NCBI RefSeq assembly: GCF_009834535.1
Contig: NC_045707.1
Span: 62,994,001-63,058,000 of the forward strand
DNA length: 64,000 bases
Source of the DNA: Camelus ferus
Taxonomy: Eukaryota
Reading direction: 5' to 3'
Shown one piece after another: positions 52,011 through 64,000 of this stretch. Made by a program: the position numbers and the translations under genes. Below the pieces are notes generated by a model. That model was not told where the DNA came from, did not search any database, and was given only the letters and a program-made list of their open reading frames with translations. Every line of letters begins with the position of its first letter. The first letter of the stretch is position 1.

Positions 52011-53175
52011 AGGAGATGAGATCAAGATGGCTGAGTGAAAGACTCTGAACTCACCTCCTCCTATGAACACGCCCAAAATACAACTACATAAAGAACCTAA
52101 GAACAATTTATTAGTATTCACTGATGATAAAAAAAACTCAACAAATTGGTATAGAGGGAACATACATAAACATAACAAAGGCCACATATGTCAAGCCCAG
52201 TGCTAACATCATACTTAATGGTGAAAACCTGAAAGCATTTCCTTTAAGATCAGGAACAAGACAAGGATAAGACACTCTAACTATCTTTACTCAACATAGT
52301 ACTGGAAGTCCTAGCCACAGCAATCAGGTAAGAAAAAGAAATAAAAGGGATCCAAATTGGAAAGGAAGAAGTAAAACTTTCACTGTTTGCAGATGATATA
52401 CTATAGAAAACCCTAAAGGCTCCACAAAATTAAAAAAAAAAAGATTAGAACTAATAAATGAATTCGGTAAAGTTGAAGGATACAAAATTAATATACAGAA
52501 ATCAGTTGCATTTCTATTGCATTAATACTGAACTATCAGAAGGAGAGATCAAGAAAACAATCCCACTTAAAACTGCAGCAAAAAGAATAAAACACTTAGG
52601 AATAAATTTAACCAAGGAACATGAAAGACCTGTACTCTGAAAGCTGTAAGACATTGATGAAAGAAGGCAAAGAGAACACAATTAACTGGAAAGATACACT
52701 GCGCTTATATATCAGAAGAATTAACATTGTTAAAATGTGCATACTACCTAGAGTAGTCTACAGATCCAATGTAATCCCTATCAAAATACCAATGGCATTT
52801 TTTTTTTTACAGAATTAGAACAAATAATCCTAAAATCTGTGTAAAACCACAAAAGATCTTGAATAGTCAAAGCAACCTGGAGAAAGAAGAACACCACTGG
52901 AGGTATAACACTCCCTGACTTCAAACTACCCCAGAAAGATACAGAAATAAAAACATATGGTACAAATATTGTATGTTTTCAGTTACATGTGAAATCTAAA
53001 AAACAAAGCAAATGAACATATTTAACAAAACAGGAACAGACTCACAGACTAGAGAGAACTCATGGTGGCCAGAGAGAAGGAGGGTGGAGTGATGGGTGAA
53101 ACAGATGAAGGGGATTAAGAGGTACAGACACCAGTTATAAAACAGTCACAGGGATATAATGTACAGCACAGGGAG
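52011..53175 (+). mobile_element. Internally deleted L1 (5' UTR start + ORF2 RT segment + 3' UTR)
   Basis: 5' end GAGATCAAGATGGCTGAGT...GAACTCACCTCCTCC; RT region including CTGTTTGCAGATGAT (LFADD) and track ORFs 52458..52818; 3' UTR from about 52965. Confidence 0.85.
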
Positions 53176-53189
53176 AAGTATCATTTGAA

Positions 53190-54010
53190 TGCCTAATTTT
53201 AGGGAGAGAACCAAAATAAACAAAGGCAAGGAATCATGAAGCAACGTGGTTTGTGCCGACCACTACGTGCACTTGGTATTAAGAGTGTATAAATTGTGAG
53301 GCTGGGGACAGCAGAATCAAGCAGCAGGGTTCAGAGGAGACCTTAGATTTTTCAGTGTGGTACAGAGCATTGAAAGTTTTGCAGGAGAGAAATTTCAGTT
53401 TTGCTTTTTAGAGAAGTTCTTGGGACAGAGGGAAGAGGCTACTGTATGTGTGTACAAGCACATCTGTCTGTGTGTCCGTGTGTGAGTAGGGTGGATGCAA
53501 TTATAGAGGCAGAAGGCAGAAGGCTATTGTTAAGAATATTGGCAAGAGATAAGAACCTGCACTAGGGCAGTTGCAGCAGCAAAGAGAGGAAGCCTTCAAG
53601 AAACACTTAGGAATTATTAAACTGATAAGACCTCAAGCCTAACTGTTACATATGGCAAGAGAAAGGAGGAGCCATATGTTGATTTCCAGGTGTCTGGCTT
53701 GCACAGTTGGTGAATGGCCATATATTTACTGAGAAAAGGAAGATAAGAGGAAAAGGACAGGTTTGGCTTTGCAGATACACTCCAGTAGGAGACCTCAACA
53801 GGCAACTGTCTATCATAGGGCGAAGCTTAGGTGAAATGTCTGAGTTAGAGATACAGAGTTAGGAGAGACTGAAACCATCAGTAGATGGCAACTAAAACAA
53901 GGGAGAACCTGCAGGGCACGAATGAAGAGAACCTTGGACAGCTCCCCATGAACTTCAACGTTGAAGGACTGACAGAGGAGTAGATGAAGACTTGTAAAGA
54001 TAAGTTATGA
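53190..54010 (-). mobile_element. LINE-2 fragment
   Basis: GATTTCCAGGTGTCTGGCTTGCACAGTTGGTGAATGG...TTTACTGAGA and related L2 antisense motifs. Confidence 0.7.
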
Positions 54011-54054
54011 AGGTATGCTGAAACCTCCATCGTCCTACCTTTAAAATAAACACT

Positions 54055-54155
54055 TAAACTTTAGAGCAGTTTGAGGTTTACAGAAAAACTGAGCAGAAAG
54101 TAGAGTTCCCACATGCCTCTTCTCCCCTCCATAGATTTCCCCTTATTGTTAATGT
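54055..54155 (-). mobile_element. Old L1 3'-end fragment
   Basis: TTTAGAGCAGTTTGAGGTTTACAGAAAAACTGAGCAGAAAGTAGAGTTCCCACAT. Confidence 0.75.
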
Positions 54156-55368
54156 TCAATTAATTCAACAAAGGAGTCATTAGACTGAAGTGGTTCCATT
54201 GTTGTCTCAGTTTATCTACCCTTTGATTAGAGATCACGGACTCTCAGTGAAACAAAACAGACACATCAGGAACCAAGCATTTTTGAGCAGGGACTATAAA
54301 CTATACATGCATTACCCTGAACTCTGTGTATTGGTAGGTATTTGATGCTCTGAAGTAAAATGCTTGTATGTTTATATTATCTCCCCCTTGTGTCTGACTG
54401 TTCACTGTACCAGGTGCATGACAGCAAAACAAGTTTTAACCTTCCAATCATTCCAATTTCTGAGCCGAAAATACAAAAATAAAGCCAATGTGTCTTCTAG
54501 GAATATCAGTGCTTTCTAACAATGAAGTATCTATAGATTGAAATATATTTTAATATGAGATATCCATTCAAACTGAACTCTTTATATGAGGGCAACCAAT
54601 AAAGGTGTACTTTTTAAAAATAAAATGTATACACCAGTTTTTAAGAGACAGAACAGTAGGTATGCTAACTGTCTGGGGACATTTAAGTTTGAGAACATGC
54701 AGCATTTACATGCTCCATAATAAATTTAATTTTAAAATACCATAGATTATCAGAGTAATAAATTAACATTTATTATAATATATTTAAATACATAATGAAA
54801 CACTTTCTAAAATTGAGGCTGAAGAATTCTCAACAAGAAGGAAGATGTCTCAGGAAAAAAAATCTACTGCAACTAGAATTATACAGTGATTCAAATATTT
54901 CTTCTCTATATCATGGTTTTATTTTAGGTATTTTATAATATGTATTTTTAAAAATTTTTAAAAATTCTACAGAAGTAATTAAAGTTGTCTTATTATAATA
55001 CTATTATATATGATTCATAAATCATTTTTTAAGAACACATTCAGGATATAGGATTTTAATGATATGATTTCTTCAACCTCAGACAGTTTGACAGATTTTT
55101 CCAGGAAAGCTGCAATGCTAAACCTTTTCACTCTCCACATTTCCATATATAATTATGGTTATCAATCTTTAATAAATGAATAATGTTATAGAACTGTTAA
55201 ATTAATTCTGAGTTTCACAGGAGTGGCAACACCCATCCTGGCTGACTACTTCAAAATCTAATTTCTTATCTGAATCTTGGTTCTAAGAGAAGAAGTTGGG
55301 CCTTTATTTCTCATATGTCACTTTTAATTTACTCACTCCAGTATGAATGATTGAACTCTTATTTTTAC

Positions 55369-55509
55369 CTGGTATTTAGTATCTTCCATTTATCTCTGAA
55401 AAACTTCCAGGCAAGGTCTCGGCCATGTGGATTTCGAGCTACATGGATTATCACATCAATTGCATCTTGATCCAGCACCACCTCAGAATTCAGTGATAGG
55501 TTTAGAAGC
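55369..55509 (-). CDS. TRHDE: TRHDE coding exon (third from last), 141 nt, phase 2-2
   Basis: Translates as (R)LLNLSLNSEVVLDQDAIDVIIHVARNPHGRDLAWKFFRDKWKILNT(R). AG at 55510-55511 and GT at 55367-55368; in frame with both neighbours. Confidence 0.95.
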
Positions 55510-56052
55510 CTTTATAGATAGAATTACAGGGAATTGTTAGTCCAATAACAGACACTGTTTATGAAATTACCAAAAGTACATGCTTTAATTTATCATAGTC
55601 TTCAAAAAATAGTCCAGTGTAAACTTTACTAATACAAATTTAAGCAATAGAACAATTTTGTGTTTATAAAAGAAGGAAGATCAAACTCGTAGTATTTTAA
55701 TTAATATAATAATTAAAGTCTGAAAAAATCTTGTGGGTGGAAAAATCCCAATTCTGATTTGATGATGCAAACTCACTTTTTAAATTCTTTTTAATAAATT
55801 CTTCTTTTTATAGTGAAAGATAATCTTACATATATATGAAAAAATATATAAAATAATTAGTCAGAAATGAAGGTAAAATACACCTTTCAAATTAACTAGC
55901 TTTACTCATGTTAACATGGCAGTATTAGTTCTAGAAGGATATATTTTTGAGTAACTAGCATATATTCAAGGAAATAAAACTAAGTGCAGGAACAGTTTGT
56001 TTAACAGAGGATGTTGCTACATTACAGAAATTCTAAAAATTAATTGACCCAC

Positions 56053-56220
56053 CGATTTAATAAATTCCTGTCATCACTGCAAGTTAAGGCTTCCAATAAT
56101 ATTTTCTTTTCTGAAACCGCTGTGGTGGAGTGGAATTTCATCCAGATGAATTCCCAGACATCCTCATCGAGCAGTGAAACTCCTGTGCAGTAGACGATGT
56201 CTCTGACATTCAGTGGTATT
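56053..56220 (-). CDS. TRHDE: TRHDE coding exon (fourth from last), 168 nt, phase 2-2
   Basis: Manual translation gives (R)IPLNVRDIVYCTGVSLLDEDVWEFIWMKFHSTTAVSEKKILLEALTCSDDRNLLN(R), the ERAP1_C-type C-terminal domain of M1 aminopeptidases. AG acceptor at 56221-56222; donor GTGGGT starting at 56052. Confidence 0.95.
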
Positions 56221-57391
56221 CTAAAGAAGCAACCCAGGGCGGTTTTCTGTTAATTAAAAGCTTCATAGTATTGAAAATAAAGACAGATGCTGCTTTACTA
56301 CAGTCAGTTTTTGAAAAGATGGTTTTGTTAATTCTATTTACCTGAAGGAGAATAATCTTACACAGTAACGGATGTTCGAAAATATTGGTGACTGAATGAA
56401 TAAAATAACTTATTTTATTTAAAGATAGTTTTGATTGCAGTTTTTCCACTCTAGAAAGTTATTTTTAAACAAAATTCAGAACACAAAGGCTTAAAAAAAA
56501 TCAATACAAATCCGGGTACTTTATATTTCCATTAACATTAATATACTTATTGACCAAAATTTTTGCTCTCAGAATTCATAGACCCAAGAATGACAAGACA
56601 GCACTGGATGAAGAAACCGACTAATTTGGATAAAATGGAAACATTTTCTCCTACATTCTTAGGCAGTTTTTTCCTGAAATGGCTCTCCAAATTTTAGAAC
56701 CTAGACAATTATTAATAGATATTAAACAGATAAAACATAAGTAGTGAATTTTGAGAAACTAGAAAGTTCTTCTCCCTGATGCTTATAAAAGTGACTATAA
56801 AAAAATAGAATGCATTTTGACTTTGATTCCAAACTAAATGTTACAGTGGGAAACTGTTAGTGGGTTTAATTACTCTTGGCTATTTATAAATTGTAAGTTC
56901 ACATGTGTACTTTGATGTAACAGTGTTTTTTTTAACTAAATATTGTTCTTTCAAGTTTTAACATAGACCCCACATTTTAAAAACTCAGTTCTCTGAAAGA
57001 CACTCCAATACTTTAAAAAAATTAGAAATGCCTTTTTACTCTGTGTCATGGTCAGTAATCTATTATTAACATTTCTCATTTATAATTTGAATGTGACTAA
57101 TAATAATAAGTGCTGGATAACAAGATGAAACAATCCCTTTTAAGGATTTAGGATCTTGTTGGCTAGAACATTGCTTTGGTTAAAGGAGTATTTGGAAAAC
57201 AGAAGGAAGAGTCTGAATGACTACCTGTCAAATGATCTCCATCTTTGCTGTTAAAGCATCTAAGTAGGGCTACAATCAGGATATTGAGGATTGTGTATCA
57301 GGACACCAGATGGGTCGAGTCGTTCATACTATCATACAAAATTCATGGTTCCCAGAAATGGCTAAAACTGTATTATTCTGTCTCTTCCCAC

Positions 57392-57492
57392 AAAAAAAAA
57401 AGAAAAGAAAGGAAGAAAGGAAGAAAGGAAGGAAGGAAGGAAGGAAAGAAGGAAGGAAGGAAGGAAGGAAGGAAGGAAGGAAGGAAGGATGA

Positions 57493-57528
<36 letters not shown>

Positions 57529-57580
57529 AAAAGAAAGAAAGAAAGAAGAAAGAAAGGAAGGAAGGAAGGAAGAAAGAAAA
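57392..57580 (+). repeat. Compound (GGAA)n/(GAAA)n polypurine microsatellite, about 190 bp
   Basis: Direct inspection; explains the low-complexity ORFs at 57245-57671. Confidence 0.95.
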
Positions 57581-60500
57581 TCAAAGGGTTTGGAGAAAAG
57601 TTACTTTAACCTTGCTGACTGAAGCTTTTTATTCTTTGCAGTTTTTGAAGGCAAGCATTTTGTTTGTCTGACTGATTTTTTTGTTTGCTTTTGAAGAAAC
57701 TGAAAGCATAAGACATCAGAAGAAGCCAAGAAAGAGTTTCACATCTTTCCCTTGTCTTGCCTCTCAGCCCTGCACCCTCTTGAAGAAAGTTCCAGTAACA
57801 GTCTTCCCAATGGTTGGTGAAACCTTGTCCTCCCTGCTCTGTTTATGACCAGCTGGACCCCATGGGACATCTGAGATCACTAAGGGAAACACTGCCACCA
57901 CACTTTGAAGATTGTATCACTCCTGGTAAATATAACATGATAAGAAAAATGCCTCCGTCTTTACTAACTGCAATAAGGAAGTTAAAAAATCTAGTCTTTC
58001 TTGAAATCAACAGCTGGAAAAGAGGATGTCTCTTCCTTCAAATACTAAGGCTACAGAGCACAACGCTGCAGTTTTGTAATGACTTTAGCCAAGAGGTCAT
58101 TATAAACATTTGCAAGAAACAACAATAAAATATCTACTAAAATCATCAACTCATTGATCAATGCATATTAGACCTAATAGTACCACAGCTCATTTTCGAA
58201 AAGAAATTCCTTAAGCTACTAATATAACAAAGAGTTCAGGGATAAGGCCCATTGAATTAGGTTTGTTACTGCCTCTGAAACCAGTCTCCAACATCAAGCA
58301 GAAGAGGCATACAGAGATAGAGAAAAAGGTGAAAAAAATAAAGAAAAAGCAGATTTCCTTAGAAATAGCTTGCGTGTCACGTGCTATGGTCATTAGCAAC
58401 AGTCCGTATGTTTGTAATTCAGTAGCTGCTATTGGCTGATGCTGAGCTGTTTAAAATGCACATGCAAATGAGTAAACGGACTGGTCAGTCCGAAGTCCTG
58501 AACACTGGCTGAAGGGGTGTCAGAGGTAGAAAATCACACCTTTGTGCAATACTCTGTTCCAGGTTACATGTCTCATTTTATTTAGTTTATACAATAATAC
58601 CGTGATATCTGTATTATATGCTTCTTCTGGCAGGAAAGGGAATGTCTGTTCTGAGAGAATATTTTGTACTAGCACAACTATATAGTAAGTTGAGAAACAA
58701 GGTGATCTACACATGAACGCCTTTCCCATTTTTATCAGCTTAGAGATGGCTAATGAAGATGAAAATAAGACATAAAGATTTCTATTGGTAGTAATAATCA
58801 GTTATCTGCTGTCCCTGAATGCTGGGTTTTGTTGTTCAATAAAACTTGTATAGAAAGTAAAAACAAGAAAAATTTTAAATAAAATAAATGTGTCTTTTAG
58901 GAGGGTACTACCACCTAACTTCGAGCCTGACTAGTAGGCTGCACGGTACTAGCCATGCATCCAATCCATAATTCCCCTAGTGCTGAAGTGGCCACAGGTG
59001 TCACCGACAGCTTCTTTTTTTTTTTTTTTTTCATTACTTTTTAAAATCCACAGTTTAATCAATCTTCTTTAAGAAATAGTCAACGTTGGCAAGAATGGTT
59101 TTCCAACAATAAGCACCCATTCTGAACCATCCATCATCCACTCAGCATGGAAGTGGTCCACAGCCTCTGGGTGACTGAAAGGACATAGGCCAGGGCTGCT
59201 TTTAAGGAGCTGCTATACGACAAGCGGGTCATACACAGAGCAAGGAGAAGAAATCCTGCACGGGCGCCCAGCACTGAAGTACTGGATGAAACGACAGACA
59301 GACCACCCTGAAGGGATCTAACAAAAGTTGTCCTGGGCGAAGGAGGCCTTTGAAAACAAAGATTCCCAGAAATGGGGGCAAATTCTGCGCTTGAACCAAG
59401 AGAAAGATCACGTAATTCGGATGTGCTCTGCAAGAAACCGCAGGTCAAGTGTCAGGGTTAACAGCAGCTGTCCCTCTGTGCAGAGCAAATGTATCAAACT
59501 CGATTACTATGAAAATGAGACTCACATATGCTTACCTATATAATCTGAAGCCTGTTGATGGGCCACTGAAAAATAGAACTCAGTCTCAGCTACAAATCTC
59601 CAAACTCTCAGGAAAGAAATGGCTCTATTAGCAGATGCTGGGAGATACACATGCCTTAAGATTTATAAGTTTCCTCAGAAGAGCAAGGACAGAGGGGACT
59701 AGCTGGAAAACACCGCTCTGATTTTTCTAGCATCTCGTCCCAACCCGTCAGCTCCTCATCTTCCTTACCCACCCACCAAAGAATCAATGTATAGTTCACC
59801 AGATTACTTGCACTCATCACTGGAAATAAAACAAGATGGGTGAGCACTGAATTGCTAAGGGCCCTTGAGTGCCAGTGATTTCCATTGTTAATGAAAGCCC
59901 CTTTTGTTGCTAAATTTGTAAAGACGATTTAATAACATTTTAGCAAAATGATTGCTCTGGGGACAGTTTTAAGATCTCTTGTAGAAACCAAAGTCATTAG
60001 GAACAAATGAAAAAGCTCATTTGTTTGTAAAGCATGAGTTGAAAACCCACAGAACCCATAGTTATGAATAGTCCAAATGGGTCGTGGGAGAGTCTTGATA
60101 TTAGGATTACAGGGAGTCGGGGCCCCTTCCCCTGAACTTGGAAATTGTTTATGAAAATGTGACTGTCCCCACAGTCATTTCTTTCTAACTGCTGCTGCAG
60201 AAGTTAATCTTTTCATGGAATTTTACCACGTGGAAATGAAGGTGTGCTGGCTCTTCTCTGTGTATGGTATACATTATATACAGGAACAGGGAGCTCGTCT
60301 CTCCTAGCTGCCTTTGTATAAGATGAATGGGGTGATGCTTAACCAAAAGGAAGTGGCTTTATCTTTTCTAGGGTACCAATAGAAACGAAGAAATGGTTAC
60401 CTAATCAGTGTAGTTTGTACTGTATTTTTATCCTATTCTCATTTAAAATAGCATGATGACAGAGTTCACTTACATGATAAAAGTTTTGAAAGCACAGAAC

Positions 60501-60875
60501 TTCAGTGTATCATTTTGAAATAATTTATTCTTGTATGTTGAAGATATGTTGAACCTTTTTTACCTTGACAAAAGCAAACGCCTAAAAACCAAATGCTTTG
60601 GGGTAGAAGTTAAAAAATTAAGTAGATGGGAAAAATAAAGGCATGCAATTTTTAGGAAAATTTTTTTACTGAGTTAAATAATAATGCTGATGGAATGGGA
60701 CTAATATTTTAAAACATAGCAAAATTGGTACTTAGTAATTAAATGGAAAATTGGGAAGTAGATTGATAAACTAAAACAAATAATTAGGAAAGTTTCCAAA
60801 GATTTTGCTATGAAAGTTTTCATTGCTGCATTGCTTGTTAAGGAAAAAATCAGGACTCATCTGAAATAACAAAGG

Positions 60876-61509
60876 CATAGCCATTATGGAAAACAGTATG
60901 GAGATTCCTCAAAAAACTAAAAATAGATTTACCATATGATCCAGCAATTCCACTCCTGGGCATATAACCAGAGGGAACTCTAATTAAAAAAGATACATGC
61001 ACCCCAGTGTTCATAGCAGCACTATATACAATAGCCAAGACATGGACACAACCTAAATGTCTACTGACAGATGACTGGATAAAGAAGTTGTGGTACATTT
61101 ATACAATGGAATACTACTCAGCCATAAAAAAGAATAAAATAATGCCACTTGCAGCAACATGGATGGACCTAGAGATCATCATTCTATGTGAAGTAAGCCA
61201 GAAAGAGAAAGAAAAATACCATATGATATCATTCATATGTGGAATCTAAAAAAAATAAAAATAAAATAAAAGGACACTATGAACTCATCTACAAAACAGA
61301 AACAGACTTGCAGACATAGTAAACAATCTTATGGTTACTAGGGAAAGGGGATGGAAAGGGATAAATCTGGCAGTTTGAGATTTACAAATGTTAGCCACTA
61401 TCTATAAAAATAGACCTAATAAAAAGTTTTTGCTGTGTAGCACAGGGAACTATGTTCAATATCTCATAATAACCTTTAGTGAAAAAATATGAAAATGAAT
61501 ATATATATA

Positions 61510-61567
<58 letters not shown>

Positions 61568-61689
61568 TATATATATATACATGACTGGGACATTGTACTG
61601 TACACCAGAAATTGACACATTGTAACTGACAGTACTTCAATAAAAAATAAAATAAAATAGATTAAAATAAAATAAAATAAAATAAAATA
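60876..61689 (+). mobile_element. Young 5'-truncated L1 with TSD and internal (TG)n(TA)n tract
   Basis: ORF2 C-terminus ([18 protein letters not shown]...YHMISFICGI*), 3' UTR and (TAAAA)n tail; TSD AAATAACAAA at 60864-60873 and 61690-61699. Confidence 0.92.
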
Positions 61690-62864
61690 AAATAACAAAT
61701 GACTGGTTGCAGTTAAGATATAAATAGAAACTAAGAATGATAACACAGATTAATATTTAATGATGTGGTAAAATATATTATTTAATATAATGAAATATAT
61801 TATTAATGACAGTATAATATACATCATACCACTGTGTTACGTTAAAAAAAGAACACTAATATGTATATTAGGAAGAAAGACTGAAAAGATAAGGGGAATA
61901 TTAACAACTTTAACCTCTGTGTTTGGGGATTTTAGGTAACTAGTCTTTCTCTTTTTTAATTCATGTATTTCAAATTTAATAATTTAATAACGTTTATAGT
62001 TACTTTGGAAATAAAATAAATAAATGTATAATTACATTCATGAAGATAAATTCTGGTACGATTAGAATAAAATATATTCCAATATAGAAAAATTTTAATG
62101 AATAATATACAGAAATAATTCTGATGATGCAGTTAAAATATCTCCCAGAGGAAAACTGTACTTGCCAAAAGAATTTTTAAAAAATCACTCTATTTTAAAA
62201 TATAAAATCTGATACTTCGTCATGATGTGGGTTTATTTCTAAGCAGGTTCTCAGTAGACCTGATTTGGCCAGTAGCTGCCTTTAGGACTTGGGTACGTGA
62301 AGGTCATTGCTTTGGGCTTCATTTTTCATCCTAATTGGACAGGGCTAAGGATGAGTTCTAAGGTCCCTTCCTGCTCTGTTAGTACAAACTTCTTTTCATT
62401 ACTGATTGTATTAACACTGAAATGTGGATTGAATTCTTTTCCAAGACAATGAAAAAAATTTCTCAAATCACGAGCCTCTCGAAGAACCCCTCTTTCTTTC
62501 AGTGGCACTCCACATGCCATTGATACAGAGTGTGGCCTACCAGTTAATTAATTGTAATTAATTTGCAGTTAATTAATTCATTTGAAATACAGTTCTCCTA
62601 TCTAAGTGAAAATTAAATGACAGCTTTGGTGGAGGCGTCCTGGCTAGCACTCTGTATCTTGCTCTGCCTTATACATATAAGTACTCTTACTTCTTTCAGG
62701 GCAGATAGTCCTTGACTTTAAAAGTATCAGGCTGAAAAATAACCCGCATTTACAAAGGCTGACCCTGTCCGTCTTGTCCCTTACCCACACCTCTCATTCT
62801 ATCCCCATTCCTTGGCCCCTTGGCTAAGAAAGTCATCTTGTATAAAATAAAGCTGTTTAGAAGG

Positions 62865-63070
62865 AATGTGTGACTTTTTGCACCTAAGCGACTGTCTTCT
62901 CATCTGGAAAATGGGAATAGTAATTCGTAACAGGGATCACAATTAAATGAAATAATGCTTCACTTGACATTCTTATGACAACAGTGCCTTAAAAGTGTTC
63001 TGTACGGGCTTTAGCAAAATAGCCAAGTGCAGGGGACACAGAATATGGTTTCAGTATGTAGTAGTAACAT
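62865..63070 (+). mobile_element. MIR fragment
   Basis: TTCTCATCTGGAAAATGGGAATAGTAAT...AATTAAATGAAATAATG. Confidence 0.65.
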
Positions 63071-63944
63071 TCCTCCTCCTCATTATATTTATTATGATTA
63101 TTATTAGGATGCAGTGGCAACAAATATTCCTGTCATTTCCAAACGAGTACAAGAAGAAAAAGAAAGCAGAAACAAAGTTTCTAGACAACCACGCTAAATT
63201 ATAATTATAAAAACCATGACTGACCATACATCTCAAGTTAAGGCATTACAATAAAATACTTTTTTAATTCCACCTAACTTTATCGGTATATTTGTCCATC
63301 AAATATGCTGCTGAATCCATACAAAACCCGTGGCAACCAGAAGGACTATCATTCCTTAGTATCTCTGCAAGGCCCCTAGTAAAGGGAGAACAGACTCCCA
63401 CGTGAAGTGTGCAGGCAGTGAGCGGTGGGAAGAAGACAAGACAGCGATGCTGTCCGCCAGTATCTCTCATGCAGCAGCGAGTGCTGCTCTGTTCCTAGAG
63501 TCCTCTCACTGCTGCCCACACAGCCTGCTCACTCCCAGTGGCCCCTGAGCATAACAGAAAGAAATACCCTTTGGACCTCAAAAAAATAGAGTTGGGGAAA
63601 CCTGGTGGACAACAGACCAACGATATTTAAAATTACTGTGTTCTCAAATGACGTTCAAAACCTTTTCATACTTCAATTTTGCAGATTTGCAAAGAGGCAT
63701 GTGCTACTTTTTCAGTATGAAAGGCAAAAGGATTGCTGGGAAGTGGGGAGGCATTTTAACTCTTAACTTCCTAAATGTATCAAGCATGTATTTTAAGGTA
63801 ACTGCATTCCTTTTAAATGGCTTTTATAATCCAAAGGGACATTCACTTTGCTCAACCTGAAATAATATATCATATAATATGTAATATATATAATAATATG
63901 TTACATATGACATTATATTTTATTTTAATTTACTTTTGGAAGAA

Positions 63945-64000
63945 TTTTTCTTTATTGAAGTACAGTCAGTTACAATGTGTCAATTTCTGGTGTACAGCAC
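63945..64000 (-). mobile_element. 3' end of a young L1 (continues beyond the window)
   Basis: TTTATTGAAGTACAGTCAGTTACAATGTGTCAATTTCTGGTGTACAGCAC is a near-exact reverse complement of 61595-61644. Confidence 0.9.

Noticed and set aside
57245..57671. Lys/Glu/Arg-rich and Phe/Leu/Ser-rich ORFs
   Set aside because: These are translations of the GGAA/GAAA microsatellite.
56221..64000. Further upstream TRHDE coding exons
   Set aside because: I found no M1-aminopeptidase-like peptide with splice sites here. The ORFs at 59134-59631 look random, so the next exon probably lies beyond the window.
1..64000. CRISPR arrays, operons or other prokaryotic-type systems
   Set aside because: The sequence is spliced-gene, TE-rich mammalian DNA with no regularly spaced repeat-spacer arrays or dense coding regions.

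Overview
This is mammalian genomic DNA, probably from a camelid (alpaca, llama or camel), judged by its short tRNA-derived vic-1-like SINEs. It is not a prokaryotic locus. The only protein-coding gene I can support is the 3' end of TRHDE (thyrotropin-releasing hormone-degrading ectoenzyme, M1 aminopeptidase family) on the minus strand. Four GT-AG coding exons with matching phases lie at 56053-56220, 55369-55509, 51184-51265 and 45639-45782 (stop TGA). They are followed by an AT-rich, repeat-poor 3' UTR with candidate poly(A) signals at about 43.0 kb and 38.6-38.9 kb. Positions 1 to about 38 kb are downstream intergenic DNA full of decayed transposable elements: L1, L2, CR1/L3, MIR, MaLR LTRs, an ERVL provirus remnant and hAT MITEs. 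Nearly all ORFs in the supplied track are chance ORFs or TE remnants. I found no evidence for a new biological system. The best observations are structural: an ERVL with a clean loss of the RT domain, a twin-primed inverted L1, an internally deleted L1, an L1 inserted in the branch-point zone of the last TRHDE exon, two short non-tandem duplications, inverted young L1 ends inside an intron, and some motif-dense candidate enhancers. Repeat family names come from my recall of consensus sequences, and repeat boundaries are approximate.
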